In this document: positions 19,173 through 30,448 of the stretch, one piece after another
How the letters are laid out: every line of letters starts with the position of its first letter
Numbering within the stretch: position 1 is the stretch's first letter
Source: an uncultured Gemmatimonadales bacterium
GTDB lineage: Bacteria; Gemmatimonadota; Gemmatimonadetes; Palauibacterales; Palauibacteraceae
Reading direction: 5' to 3'
Assembly (NCBI GenBank): GCA_963783385.1
Contig: CAWANJ010000009.1
Span: 736,001 to 800,000, forward strand
DNA length: 64,000 nt
Translations under genes and position numbers: made by a program
The notes under the pieces: generated by a model
Told to the model about the DNA's origin: nothing
The model's input: only the letters and a program-made list of their open reading frames with translations
The model's database searches: none

Positions 19173-20222
19173 CTAGCCTCTCCCCACCGGCGTCAGCGGC
19201 GGGCGCCCCTTGAGCACCCGGCGCACGTTGGCGGCGGCCACCTCCCACATGGCCCGCCTCGCCTCCCGGGTGGCGCTCCCCAGGTGCGGGAGGACGAAAG
19301 CGTTGGGGAGCTCGCGGAGCGCCGCCGGGACCTCGGGCTCCTCCGGGTAGACGTCGATCCCGGCGGCCGCCAGCCGCCCCGCTCGCAGCGCCTCCACCAG
19401 CGCCCCGGTGTCCACGATCTCCCCGCGCGCCGTGTTCACGAGCACCGCGCCCTCGGGGAGCCGGCTCAGGGCCTCCGCGCCCAGGAGCCCTTCCGTGTCG
19501 TCCGTGAGCGGCAGGTGGATGGAGAGGATGTCGGAGGCCGCGAGCGCCTCCTCGAGGCTCGCGGCCCGGCGCGCGCCGACCTCGTGCTCCAACGCCTCGT
19601 TCCGGGAGCGGCTCCAGTACACGACGTGCATCCCGAAGCCGGGGGCCCGCCGCGCCACGGCCGAGCCAATGCGGCCGGCCCCCAGGATCCCGAGCGTCTT
19701 CTCTCCGAGGCCCATGCCGAGGAGCTGGTCGGGCTCCCACCCCTCCCAGGCACCCGACCTCGCCAGCTCCAGCCCCTCGCGGAGACGCCGGGCCGCGGCC
19801 AGGAGCAGCGCCCATGTCAGGTCGGCGGTGGCGTCGGTGAGGACGTCGGGCGTGTTGGTGACGACCACCCCGCGCTCCGCGGCCGCCTCGACGTCCACGT
19901 TGTCGTGGCCCACCGCGTAGTTGGCGACGATCCGCAGGTTGGGCAGGCCGTCCATCTCCCCGGCGCCCACCGGCCGCGACAGGAGCGGCACCAGCGCCTC
20001 GACGGCGTCCGCCTCCGGGCCGGACGACGGCAGGGGCTGGTCGGCCGCCACGAAGCGGGACTCGCGGCCGCCCGGCCACGCGGGGCTCTCGCCGCACAGC
20101 GGGACGAGCTCGCGGGCCACGAGCACGATGCCCCGCGGGTCGCCGCCGTGCGCGCCGCCTCCGGTCCGCGCCTCGCCGCCCGATCTCGAGCGGCGTCCGG
20201 CGTCCGTGCGCGCGTCCACCAC
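19173..20222 (-). CDS. D-2-hydroxyacid (glycerate/glyoxylate) dehydrogenase; start uncertain
   Basis: AVGHDNVD, NTPDVLTDATADL, GAGRIG, NTARG, LPHLGSAT. Confidence 0.9.
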   Translation of the reverse strand: MVDARTDAGRRSRSGGEARTGGGAHGGDPRGIVLVARELVPLCGESPAWPGGRESRFVAADQPLPSSGPEADAVEALVPLLSRPVGAGEMDGLPNLRIVANYAVGHDNVDVEAAAERGVVVTNTPDVLTDATADLTWALLLAAARRLREGLELARSGAWEGWEPDQLLGMGLGEKTLGILGAGRIGSAVARRAPGFGMHVVYWSRSRNEALEHEVGARRAASLEEALAASDILSIHLPLTDDTEGLLGAEALSRLPEGAVLVNTARGEIVDTGALVEALRAGRLAAAGIDVYPEEPEVPAALRELPNAFVLPHLGSATREARRAMWEVAAANVRRVLKGRPPLTPVGRG

Positions 20223-20226
20223 GCTC

Positions 20227-20703
20227 CTAGCGCCTCTCCCGGAAGAAGGCGCGCAGGAGCTCGGCGGCCTCTTCGGCCAGCACGCCCTCGGTCACCTCGA
20301 CCCGGTGGTTGAGGCGTGGGTCCTGGACCAGGTTCTCGAGCGACCCGCACATGCCCGCCTTGGGATCCCGGGTAGCGAACACGAGGCGGGGCACCCGGGC
20401 GAGCACGATGGCGCCGGCGCACATGGCGCACGGCTCCAGGGTCACGTACAGGGTGTGGTCCAGGAGGCGCCAGTCGCCCAGCGTCCGGGCGCCCTCGCGC
20501 AGGACGGTCATCTCGGCGTGCGCGGTAGGGTCGGCCGCCTCGCGGGTGCGGTTGTGCGCCTCGGCCACCAGCCCCTCCGGGCCGACCAGGACGGCCCCGA
20601 CGGGGACCTCCTCGCGCCCGGCCGCGAGCCGCGCCTGCGCCAGGGCGCGCTCCATCCAGCGCTCGTCAGCCGCACCCGTCGGAGCCCCCTCGCCCGCCGT
20701 CAC
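20227..20703 (-). CDS. tadA: tRNA adenosine(34) deaminase
   Basis: EVPVGAV, DPTAHAEM, TLEPCAMCAGA, DPKAG; GTGA overlap with gltX stop. Confidence 0.93.
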   Translation of the reverse strand: MTAGEGAPTGAADERWMERALAQARLAAGREEVPVGAVLVGPEGLVAEAHNRTREAADPTAHAEMTVLREGARTLGDWRLLDHTLYVTLEPCAMCAGAIVLARVPRLVFATRDPKAGMCGSLENLVQDPRLNHRVEVTEGVLAEEAAELLRAFFRERR

Positions 20704-22166
20704 GCGGTCCCCCTCACCCCGCCGCCGCCCGCCTCCGCGCGCAGGTAGTCGAGCGCGGCGTCGACGCGGGCCAGCGCGCGCTCCCGGCCCATGAGGGCGA
20801 GGGTGATGAAGATGCCGGGCCCGACGCCGACCCCCATGAGCGCCACCCGCAGCGGGTGGATGACCTTGCCGGCCCCCTCCCCGCGCGCCTCGGCCAGGCC
20901 GCGGACGGTCTCCTCGAGCGGCTCGGGCTCGAACGCGTCCGCATCCATCCCTTCGAACAGGCCCCGTACCGCCTCCAGACGCTCGGCCGAAGCGGCCGGG
21001 TCCTTCCAGAAGCGCTTCACCGCCGCCTCGTCGTAGGTCAGCTCGGAGGCGAAGAAGGGCGCCGCCTGGCGGGCCAGCTCCCCCAGGGTCCGGGCCCGGT
21101 CGCGCACCACCGCGAGCACGGCGAGGAACCGCTCCCCGTCCTCCGCCAGCTCCGCGGCCGGGATCCCCGCCTCCTCGAGCCGCGGCTCCACCAGCTGGGC
21201 CAGCCGCTCCGGCGCGGCCCGCGTCATGTGCTGGCCGTTCAGCCACAGGAGCTTGTCGGGGTCGAACACGCCGCTCTTCCGAAGGATGCGGTCCAGGGAG
21301 AAGGCCTCGACCAACTCCTCCCGGGTCATGACCTCGCGGTCGTCCCCGGGCGACCAGCCCAGGAGGGCCAGGAAGTTCACCATCGCCTCGGGCAGGATGC
21401 CCTCGTCCCGGTAGGCCTCCACGGACGTGGCCCCGTGGCGCTTGGAGAGCCGCTTCCCGTCCGGGCCCAGGATCATGGGGACGTGCGCGAAGGCGGGCAG
21501 CTCGGCCCCCAGCGCCCGGTACAGGAGGATCTGCTTGGGGGTGTTGGACAGGTGGTCGTCGCCGCGGATGACGTGCGTGACGCGCATGTCGATGTCGTCG
21601 GAGACCACGGCCATGTTGTACACGGGCGTGCCGTCCCGGCGCAGGAGGATGAAGTCCTCCAGGCTGTCGTTCGGGAAGGCGGTGTGGCCGTGGACCGCGT
21701 CCTCCCAGGCGGTCTCGCCGGCGGGCACGCGGAAGCGGACCGCGTACGCCTCGCCCTCCTCCGCTCGCCGGGCGGCCTCGTCGGGGTCCAGCTCCCGGCA
21801 GCGCCCCGGACAGCCGCCCACGGCGTGGGCGCTCTTCCCGCCCTCGGCCGGCTCGCAGAAACAGCGGTAGGCCGCACCCGACCCGAGGATCCGCTCCACG
21901 TCGGCGCGGTGCCGCTCCAGCCCGTCGGCCTGGTGGAAGGGCCCCTCGTCCAGGTCGAGCTCCAGCCACGCCATCGCCGCCAGGATGGCCTCCGTCATCG
22001 CGTCGCTGGAGCGCTCGCGGTCGGTGTCCTCGATCCTGAGGATGAAGGCACCGCCCTCGCGGCGGGCGAACAGCCAGTTGAAGAGCGCCGTGCGCGCTCC
22101 CCCCACGTGCAGGTAGCCGGTGGGGCTCGGGGCGAAGCGGACGCGCGGAGTGGAGCTTTCGGTCAT
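20700..22166 (-). CDS. gltX: Glutamate--tRNA ligase
   Basis: RFAPSPTGYLHVGG, LRIEDTD, IRGDDHLSNT, KRLSKR. Confidence 0.96.
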   Translation of the reverse strand: MTESSTPRVRFAPSPTGYLHVGGARTALFNWLFARREGGAFILRIEDTDRERSSDAMTEAILAAMAWLELDLDEGPFHQADGLERHRADVERILGSGAAYRCFCEPAEGGKSAHAVGGCPGRCRELDPDEAARRAEEGEAYAVRFRVPAGETAWEDAVHGHTAFPNDSLEDFILLRRDGTPVYNMAVVSDDIDMRVTHVIRGDDHLSNTPKQILLYRALGAELPAFAHVPMILGPDGKRLSKRHGATSVEAYRDEGILPEAMVNFLALLGWSPGDDREVMTREELVEAFSLDRILRKSGVFDPDKLLWLNGQHMTRAAPERLAQLVEPRLEEAGIPAAELAEDGERFLAVLAVVRDRARTLGELARQAAPFFASELTYDEAAVKRFWKDPAASAERLEAVRGLFEGMDADAFEPEPLEETVRGLAEARGEGAGKVIHPLRVALMGVGVGPGIFITLALMGRERALARVDAALDYLRAEAGGGGVRGTA

Positions 22167-22344
22167 GGAGACTCGGTCCTCCCGTGAGAATGACTGGTCA
22201 GGGGATCGGCGTCCGGGCGATACGCACGATCCGTGCGGCTCTCATCTTGCGCGTCTCGCCGGCGGCTCGCCACCATGCGTCGGGCCGTCCCGTCCGTCCG
22301 CCGGCCGCGCGGACGGGAAAGTGCGCAGAGCCAGGGAGGACCGC

Positions 22345-23637
22345 ATGACGTCGCAGGGACCCGAGATCTTCGTCGCGCCCGGGCTCAGGAGCCCGTTCGC
22401 GCGCATCGACCGCGAGCTGGCCGACCTCGACGGGCTGCGTCTGTCGACGCCGGTCGTCCAGCAGAGCGTCATGGGTCCGCGCGGGCCGGGGAAGGCGGAC
22501 GCCGTGGACCTGGTGCTGTGGGGCTCGGTGATCCCGAGCCTCGAGGTGAGCAACTGGGGCCGCGAGGTGTGGCTGGAGTCGGGGCTCGACCCGCACGTGC
22601 CGTCCCAGGGCATCGTGCAGGCATGCGCCACCAGCCTCGCCGCCGCCACCCACGCCGCCGGTCAGGCACGCTCGGGACGACTGGAGCTGGCCCTGTGCGG
22701 AGGCGTCGAATCGATGTCCTTCACCCAGATCGGCCTGCCCCTCCACCTGAGCCGCACCCTGCGGCGCACGGTGCAGGCCGGCAGCCCGGTACGCGCGGTA
22801 CGCACCCTGGCGCAGCTCCGTCTCAAGGACATCCGGGTGCGCATCCCGACGGCCACCGAGCGCACCACCGGCCTCACCATGGGCGAGCACGCCGAGCAGA
22901 TGGCGAAGACGTGGTCCATCGGGCGGGAGGCGCAGGACCGGCTCGCGTTCGAGAGCCACATGCGGGCCGTGTCCGCCACCGAGCGCGGCTTCTTCCGTCC
23001 CCTCCTGGTCACGCCGGGGACCTTCCCCGCCGACGTCGACACGGTGCCGCGCCCTGACACGTCCCCCGACAAGCTGGCTCGCCTGCGTCCCTCCTTCGAC
23101 CGCGAATCCGGGACGCTGACCGCCGGCAACTCGACGCCGCTCACCGATGGGGCCGCGGCCGCATGGGTGGGGACCGCCGAGGGGATGGCCCGGCTGCCGG
23201 ACGACCTGCCGCGCGTCCGCCTCCTGGACTGGGAGCAGGCCGCCGTCGACCTGCGCCGGCAGGGGCTTCTCATGGCGCCGACCCTGGCCATCCCGCGCCT
23301 CCTGGCCCGGCACGACATGGGCTACGGGGACGTGGCCCTGTGGGAGATCCACGAGGCGTTCGCCGTGCAGGTGCTGTGCACGATCGCGGCGCTCGAGGAC
23401 CGGGATTGGCTTCGGGAGCAGGCGGGGGTGGACCGGGATCTGGGGACCTTCCCGCGCGACCGCCTCAACCCGAACGGCGGCAGCGTGGCCCTCGGTCACC
23501 CGTTCGGCGCCACCGGCGCGAGGATCCTGTCGCAGGCGGCCGCCGAGCTGGCGGAGAGGGAGTCGGGCAGCCGCGCCGTGGTCAGCATCTGCGCGGCCGG
23601 CGGGCTGGGGCACGTGGCGCTGCTGGAGGCGGTGTAG
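22345..23637 (+). CDS. Acetyl-CoA C-acyltransferase (FadI-like thiolase)
   Basis: QACATSL, NSTPLTDGAAA, HEAFA, GHPFGATG, CAAGG. Confidence 0.9.
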   Translation: MTSQGPEIFVAPGLRSPFARIDRELADLDGLRLSTPVVQQSVMGPRGPGKADAVDLVLWGSVIPSLEVSNWGREVWLESGLDPHVPSQGIVQACATSLAAATHAAGQARSGRLELALCGGVESMSFTQIGLPLHLSRTLRRTVQAGSPVRAVRTLAQLRLKDIRVRIPTATERTTGLTMGEHAEQMAKTWSIGREAQDRLAFESHMRAVSATERGFFRPLLVTPGTFPADVDTVPRPDTSPDKLARLRPSFDRESGTLTAGNSTPLTDGAAAAWVGTAEGMARLPDDLPRVRLLDWEQAAVDLRRQGLLMAPTLAIPRLLARHDMGYGDVALWEIHEAFAVQVLCTIAALEDRDWLREQAGVDRDLGTFPRDRLNPNGGSVALGHPFGATGARILSQAAAELAERESGSRAVVSICAAGGLGHVALLEAV

Positions 23638-23724
23638 AGGTGCCGGAGGCCGGCGCGCAGGCGTAGAGGTCTCGCCGCCGGCCGGAGCTACGAGCGCCGC
23701 CGAGCTTCGCCCGCGGCGCCCCGC

Positions 23725-23742
23725 ACGTTTCAGCTGAAACGT
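23725..23742. promoter_or_regulatory. Perfect 18-bp palindrome, parS-like
   Basis: ACGTTTCAGCTGAAACGT between convergent genes. Confidence 0.45.
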
Positions 23743-23749
23743 CGGATTG

Positions 23750-23780
23750 CGCGAATCAGCTTCGATTGTAGCGATTCGCG
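23750..23780. terminator. Hairpin between convergent thiolase and cydB
   Basis: CGCGAATC...GATTCGCG stem; no clear U-tract. Confidence 0.35.
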
Positions 23781-23805
23781 TCGCGCCCTTTCTCGCGCTG
23801 CCGCC

Positions 23806-24846
23806 TCAGTACCCCTCGCCCTCCAGCGACACGCGGCCGGCGAAGCGCCGGTACATGAAGGTCACGTAACCCAGCGCCAGCAGCATCCCGGGAATCCACC
23901 AGGCCAGACCGATCACCAGGCCCGAGTGCCCCGCGGCGGCGTTGTGCACCGTGAGGCCCGCGCCCGGGTCGCCGACGGCCGGGAGCACGTACGGGTACAG
24001 TCCGACCGCCACGCTGCCCAGCATCCCGGCCAGGTAGGCGCAGGACGAGAGAAACGCGCTGCGGTCCGAGCCGCGGCCCAGGCCCACGCGGATCCCGACG
24101 AGCGACCCCACGGCCAGGACGGGGAACAGCCAGCCCCACGGCCGGGCGCGGAGGTGAGCGGCCACCAGGGGCTGCACGAGCCAGGTGAAAGGCGTGACGA
24201 GGACGGTCCCCGCCACTACCAGCCACCAGGCGCGCCGCGCCAGCGCCAGGGAACGCTCCCGCAGCGAGCCCTCCGTGCGCAGGCCCACCCACAGCGCGCC
24301 GTGCATCGAGAGCGCGACCAGCGCTGCGAGCCCCACGGAGAGCGTGTACCAGTCCAGCACGCCCACGTCCGGCCCCACCCGCCAGTCGGTCCACAGCGCC
24401 TCGAAGAACCACCCGTGCGCGTCGAGGGGCACGCCCCGGACGACGTTCCCGAGCGCGGCGCCGAAGAACAGGGCCAGCAGCAGGCTGGCGCCCGCGAACA
24501 CCACGTCCCAGAACGGTGCCCACACTCCGCCGCGCAGGTGGCTCCGGAACTCGACCGCGATCCCTCGCAAGACCAGGAGCCACAGGACGATCATCAGCGG
24601 CAGGTAGAAGCCGCTGAAGCTGGAAGCGTACAGGACCGGGAAGGCGAAGTACAGCGTCCCGCCGCCCGCGATGAGCCACACCTCATTCCCGTCCCACACG
24701 GGCCCGATCGAGCGGAGGACGGCGCGCCGCTCGGCACCTGGCTCCGCCACCAGGAGGTGGACGGCCCCGGCCCCGAGGTCGAAGCCGTCCAGGACGACGT
24801 ACATGACGATCATGAACGCCACGAGCCAGAACCATACGGTCTCCAT
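23806..24846 (-). CDS. cydB: Cytochrome bd ubiquinol oxidase subunit II
   Basis: YVVLDGFDLGAG, GPVWDGNEVWL, LRGIAVEFR. Confidence 0.95.
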   Translation of the reverse strand: METVWFWLVAFMIVMYVVLDGFDLGAGAVHLLVAEPGAERRAVLRSIGPVWDGNEVWLIAGGGTLYFAFPVLYASSFSGFYLPLMIVLWLLVLRGIAVEFRSHLRGGVWAPFWDVVFAGASLLLALFFGAALGNVVRGVPLDAHGWFFEALWTDWRVGPDVGVLDWYTLSVGLAALVALSMHGALWVGLRTEGSLRERSLALARRAWWLVVAGTVLVTPFTWLVQPLVAAHLRARPWGWLFPVLAVGSLVGIRVGLGRGSDRSAFLSSCAYLAGMLGSVAVGLYPYVLPAVGDPGAGLTVHNAAAGHSGLVIGLAWWIPGMLLALGYVTFMYRRFAGRVSLEGEGY

Positions 24847-24859
24847 GCTCGCCCCCCCC

Positions 24860-26251
24860 TCAGCCGGCCAGCGCGGCCTGGCCCGGCGCGGCGCCGGCGC
24901 CGCCCTCGCCACCCGCCCCCGGACCCTCGTCCCCACCTGCACCCGGGCCGTGCGCGATCTCCCGGCCCACCAGGAACAGGAAGAGGAAGCCCAGCACCAT
25001 GTACAGGCCCATGAAGCCGAGCAGCGTGAACGTCCCGTTCCCGGAGGAGACGCCCGGCGAGGCCCCGGCCGAGGTCCGCATCAGCCGATAGATCACCCAC
25101 GGCTGCCGCCCCAGCTCGGCGGTCATCCACCCCGCCGTGTTGGCGATGTACGGGAAGGGCAGGCTCAGCATGAGAACCCACAGGGCGGCCTTCGAGTCGA
25201 ACAGAGTCCCGCGCCACAGCTTCCAGGCCGAGACCAGCATGATGGCGATGAAGAGGGTCCCGAGCCCCACCATGATGTGGTAGCTGTAGTAGAGGAGCGG
25301 GATGTTGTCGGGCCAGTCCTGCTCCGGGAACGCCTCGAGCCCCTGCACCTCCGCCTCCCAGCGACGGTAGGTGAGGAAGCTCAGCGCCCGCGGCACGTCC
25401 AGCCGGTTGTCGAGCTTCCGCCGGGCCACGTCGGGCTGGCCGAGGATGGCCAGCGGTGCGCCCCGCTCGCTGTGGAACAGGCCCTCCATGGCGGCCAGGG
25501 TGGGCGGCTGGTGCTCGGCCACCATGCGCCCCTGGACGTCCCCGAGCGGAAACAGCTGGACGACGCTCGCCACCACGCCCACCATCACGCCCAGCTTCAC
25601 GAACAGGCGCCCGTAGGTCCGGTCCCGGCCCTGGAGGAGGTAGTAGGCCCCGATGGCCGCCATGACGAAGCAGCCGGTGATGACGGCGCCCACCATGGTG
25701 TGCAGGTACTGCCACACGCCCCACGGGTTGAACAGGAGGGCCCGCAAGCTCTGCAGCGACAGCGCCCCTCCCGGCCCGACCGCGTAGCCGACCGGGTGCT
25801 GCATCCAGGCGTCGGTCGCCACAATGAAGTAGCCCGACAACCACGATCCCAGGAACAGGAGAAGCGCCGTCGCCCAGTGGGCCCGGCGGCTCAGGCGCTT
25901 CCTTCCGAACAGGAAGAGGCCGAGGAAGGAGGACTCCAGGAAGAAGGCGAACACGCCCTCCATGGCGAGCGTCTGGCCGATCACCCCACCCGCCGACCGG
26001 GAGAACGCCGCCCAGTTGGTCCCGAACTGGAACTCCATGGGGATCCCGGTCACCACGCCGATGGCGAAGTTGATGCCGAAGATGCGCGCCCAGAACTGCG
26101 CGGCCCGCTCGTAGCGCTCCTCCCCCGTGCGCAGCGCGACCGTTTCGAGAATCACGATCAGGAGCGCCAGCCCCATGGTGAGCTGGGGAAACAGGTAGTG
26201 GTAGGTGACGGTGAAGGCGAACTGGAGTCGATCGACGGTGAGAGCCTGCAT
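24860..26251 (-). CDS. cydA: Cytochrome bd ubiquinol oxidase subunit I
   Basis: RLQFAFTVTYHYLFP, GIPMEFQFGTNW, FFLESSF, YHIMVG, ELGRQPW. Confidence 0.96.
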   Translation of the reverse strand: MQALTVDRLQFAFTVTYHYLFPQLTMGLALLIVILETVALRTGEERYERAAQFWARIFGINFAIGVVTGIPMEFQFGTNWAAFSRSAGGVIGQTLAMEGVFAFFLESSFLGLFLFGRKRLSRRAHWATALLLFLGSWLSGYFIVATDAWMQHPVGYAVGPGGALSLQSLRALLFNPWGVWQYLHTMVGAVITGCFVMAAIGAYYLLQGRDRTYGRLFVKLGVMVGVVASVVQLFPLGDVQGRMVAEHQPPTLAAMEGLFHSERGAPLAILGQPDVARRKLDNRLDVPRALSFLTYRRWEAEVQGLEAFPEQDWPDNIPLLYYSYHIMVGLGTLFIAIMLVSAWKLWRGTLFDSKAALWVLMLSLPFPYIANTAGWMTAELGRQPWVIYRLMRTSAGASPGVSSGNGTFTLLGFMGLYMVLGFLFLFLVGREIAHGPGAGGDEGPGAGGEGGAGAAPGQAALAG

Positions 26252-26291
26252 CGGGACCCCCGGTCTGGACTATCCCCCTCCCGGAGCGCGC

Positions 26292-28361
26292 TCAGCGCGG
26301 CGCCGGCGGATCCTCCCGCGGCCCGCGCGGCGAGGACCGCACCAGGTCCACCGGCACGATCCGGACCGCGACCGCGGCCGGCCCGACCCCGGACGCCGCG
26401 CCCTCCAGCGCCACGGTCGGGACCGAGCTCGGGACGACCGGCACCGGCACCAACTGGTCGACCAGCATGGCGCCGAACAGCAGGGCCAGGTAGAGGAGCG
26501 AGTAGCGGTACAGGCGCCACGCCTTGCCGGTGCGCTCCCGCTCGCGCAGGAGCTCCACCATCAGCCACAGGAACCGGCCCCCGAGCAGGATCGCCAGGCA
26601 TCCGTATACGAGGCCGAACGACCCGGTGAGCACCGGCATCACGCTGAGCGGCACGAGCACGAGGCTGTACAGCAGCATCTGCCGCTTGGTCTCGCGCTCG
26701 CCCCACACCACCGGCGCCATCGGGACGCGGGCGTCGGCGTAGTCCCGCTCCTTCATCAGGGCCAGAGCCCAGAAGTGGGGGGGCGTCCAGTAGAACACGA
26801 TGAAGAACAGGAACAGGGCCGGAAGGCCGACGTGGCCCGACACGGCGGCCCACCCAACCAGCGGAGGGAACGCGCCGGCGGCCCCCCCGATCACGATGTT
26901 CTGGGGCGTCGAGCGCTTGAGCCACCGCGTGTACACGAACACGTAGAACAGGAGGCCGGAGAGGGCGAGCACGGCGGCCAGGAGATTGGCCGCCAGCGCG
27001 AACACGGCGAACGCGACCGCGGCGAGCGCCACCCCGAACAGGAGGACGCGCACCGCCGGCACCCGGCCGCTCGGGATGGGGCGCCGCCGCGTGCGGCGCA
27101 TCGTCCCGTCAATGTCACGGTCCAGGTACATATTGAGCGCGTTCGCCCCGCCCGCCATCAGGTAGCCGCCCACCACGGTCCACAGCACGAGCCACGCGGT
27201 CGGGTGACCGGCCACGAACATTGGCACGACCGTGGTCACCAGGAGGAGCGAGATGATGCGCGGCTTGGTGAGCGCCACGTAGTCGAGCATGGCGCGGCGG
27301 ACCCCGCCCCCGCCCCCTTCCAGCGAGCGCACGGGGCACCTGAGGGCGGCCCCCTCCACGCCGGAGCCCATCGTCACGGGTGCGGGCGCGGGATCGGCGT
27401 CTCGGTCGGCCGGCCGCCGCTCGCCCGGACCGGCCGGCGAGGCGGCGGCCCGCGGCCGCGACACCAGGGTCGCCGCCCACACCAGGGAGGCGAACACCGC
27501 GGCCCCGCCGGCCACGTGCAAGGCGCGCAGGAGGGCCGGCAGGTTGCCCAGCATCATGCCGGCCCCGATACCGATCTGGATCAGCACGACGGCCGTCACG
27601 GTGGCGGCTGCTCGCTGCGCGGCCCGGTCCCCCGGCCGGTGTCGGCGCACGTGGAACGGGAGCCACACGGCCAGCCCGGCGAGCCCGTACGCGAACAGCC
27701 GGTGCGTCCAGTGCAGGTGCGTCCGCCACCCTCCCGCCGGCAGGACGCTCCCGTTGCACAGCGGGAACCCGCGGCACGCCGTCGAGGCCCCCAGGTTGGC
27801 GACCAGCGCTCCGAGGAGCACGACGACGAACGCCAGCCCGGCCATGCCGGCCGTGGCGCGGGCCGCCCGGTCCCAGCGCGGCGCGCGGCGTCCGGTCAGG
27901 GCTCGCGTCGTTCCCACCACCAGGAGTGCCAGGAGGAGCATGGCCGTGCCCAGGTGGATCACGATGGTGGCGGGCGGGAGCTCGAGCCACACCGTGACGG
28001 CGCCGAGCAGGGCCTGCACCACGACAAGCGCCAGAGCGACCACACTGAGCCGGAGCGGACGCCGCATGACGTCCGTGCGGCGCGCCGCCCACAGGGCGTA
28101 CACGACGAGGAGGGTCACCAGGGTCACCACGCTGGCCGCGGCCAGGCGATGGCCGTACTCGATGAGAGTCGGGACGTCCATCGGTGGGATCAGCCGGCCC
28201 TGGCACAGCGGCCAGTCGGGCCCACAGCCCAGGCCGCTTCCCGTGATCCGGACAATGCCGCCGAGCACGACGAGACCATAGGTGGCCGCGAGGGTGAGAG
28301 CCGCCAGGCCGCCCCAGCGCCGGAGTGAGCGTCCGCTCGGGTTCTCGGGTCCGGATTCCAT
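26292..28361 (-). CDS. Heme A synthase (CtaA/COX15) fused to heme O synthase (CtaB/CyoE)
   Basis: From ATG 28361: GLGCGPDWPLC, EYGHR, HWTHR (CtaA), then LTKPRII, DRDIDGTMRRTRRRPIP, WTPPHFWAL (CtaB), all in one frame. Confidence 0.92.
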   Translation of the reverse strand: MESGPENPSGRSLRRWGGLAALTLAATYGLVVLGGIVRITGSGLGCGPDWPLCQGRLIPPMDVPTLIEYGHRLAAASVVTLVTLLVVYALWAARRTDVMRRPLRLSVVALALVVVQALLGAVTVWLELPPATIVIHLGTAMLLLALLVVGTTRALTGRRAPRWDRAARATAGMAGLAFVVVLLGALVANLGASTACRGFPLCNGSVLPAGGWRTHLHWTHRLFAYGLAGLAVWLPFHVRRHRPGDRAAQRAAATVTAVVLIQIGIGAGMMLGNLPALLRALHVAGGAAVFASLVWAATLVSRPRAAASPAGPGERRPADRDADPAPAPVTMGSGVEGAALRCPVRSLEGGGGGVRRAMLDYVALTKPRIISLLLVTTVVPMFVAGHPTAWLVLWTVVGGYLMAGGANALNMYLDRDIDGTMRRTRRRPIPSGRVPAVRVLLFGVALAAVAFAVFALAANLLAAVLALSGLLFYVFVYTRWLKRSTPQNIVIGGAAGAFPPLVGWAAVSGHVGLPALFLFFIVFYWTPPHFWALALMKERDYADARVPMAPVVWGERETKRQMLLYSLVLVPLSVMPVLTGSFGLVYGCLAILLGGRFLWLMVELLRERERTGKAWRLYRYSLLYLALLFGAMLVDQLVPVPVVPSSVPTVALEGAASGVGPAAVAVRIVPVDLVRSSPRGPREDPPAPR

Positions 28362-28583
28362 GTCGTTGCTCGAGAGGAGGTGCTCCTCCGGGCACGGGCC
28401 GTAACGGGCCGGCGTGCCGAATCGTTTGCGTCGCGTTCGGGGATCGTGCGAAGTTCCCCGCGCCCGATCCGGGCGCGAACATAGGGATCGACCGGCCGCG
28501 GCGCCACGCGGGGCCTCCGGAGGATATCGAAGCATGCCAATCGAACAGGACCGGGCCCCCCTGCGGGTGTCGCCCGAAGCAAG

Positions 28584-30443
<1,860 letters not shown>

Positions 30444-30448
30444 CCCGG

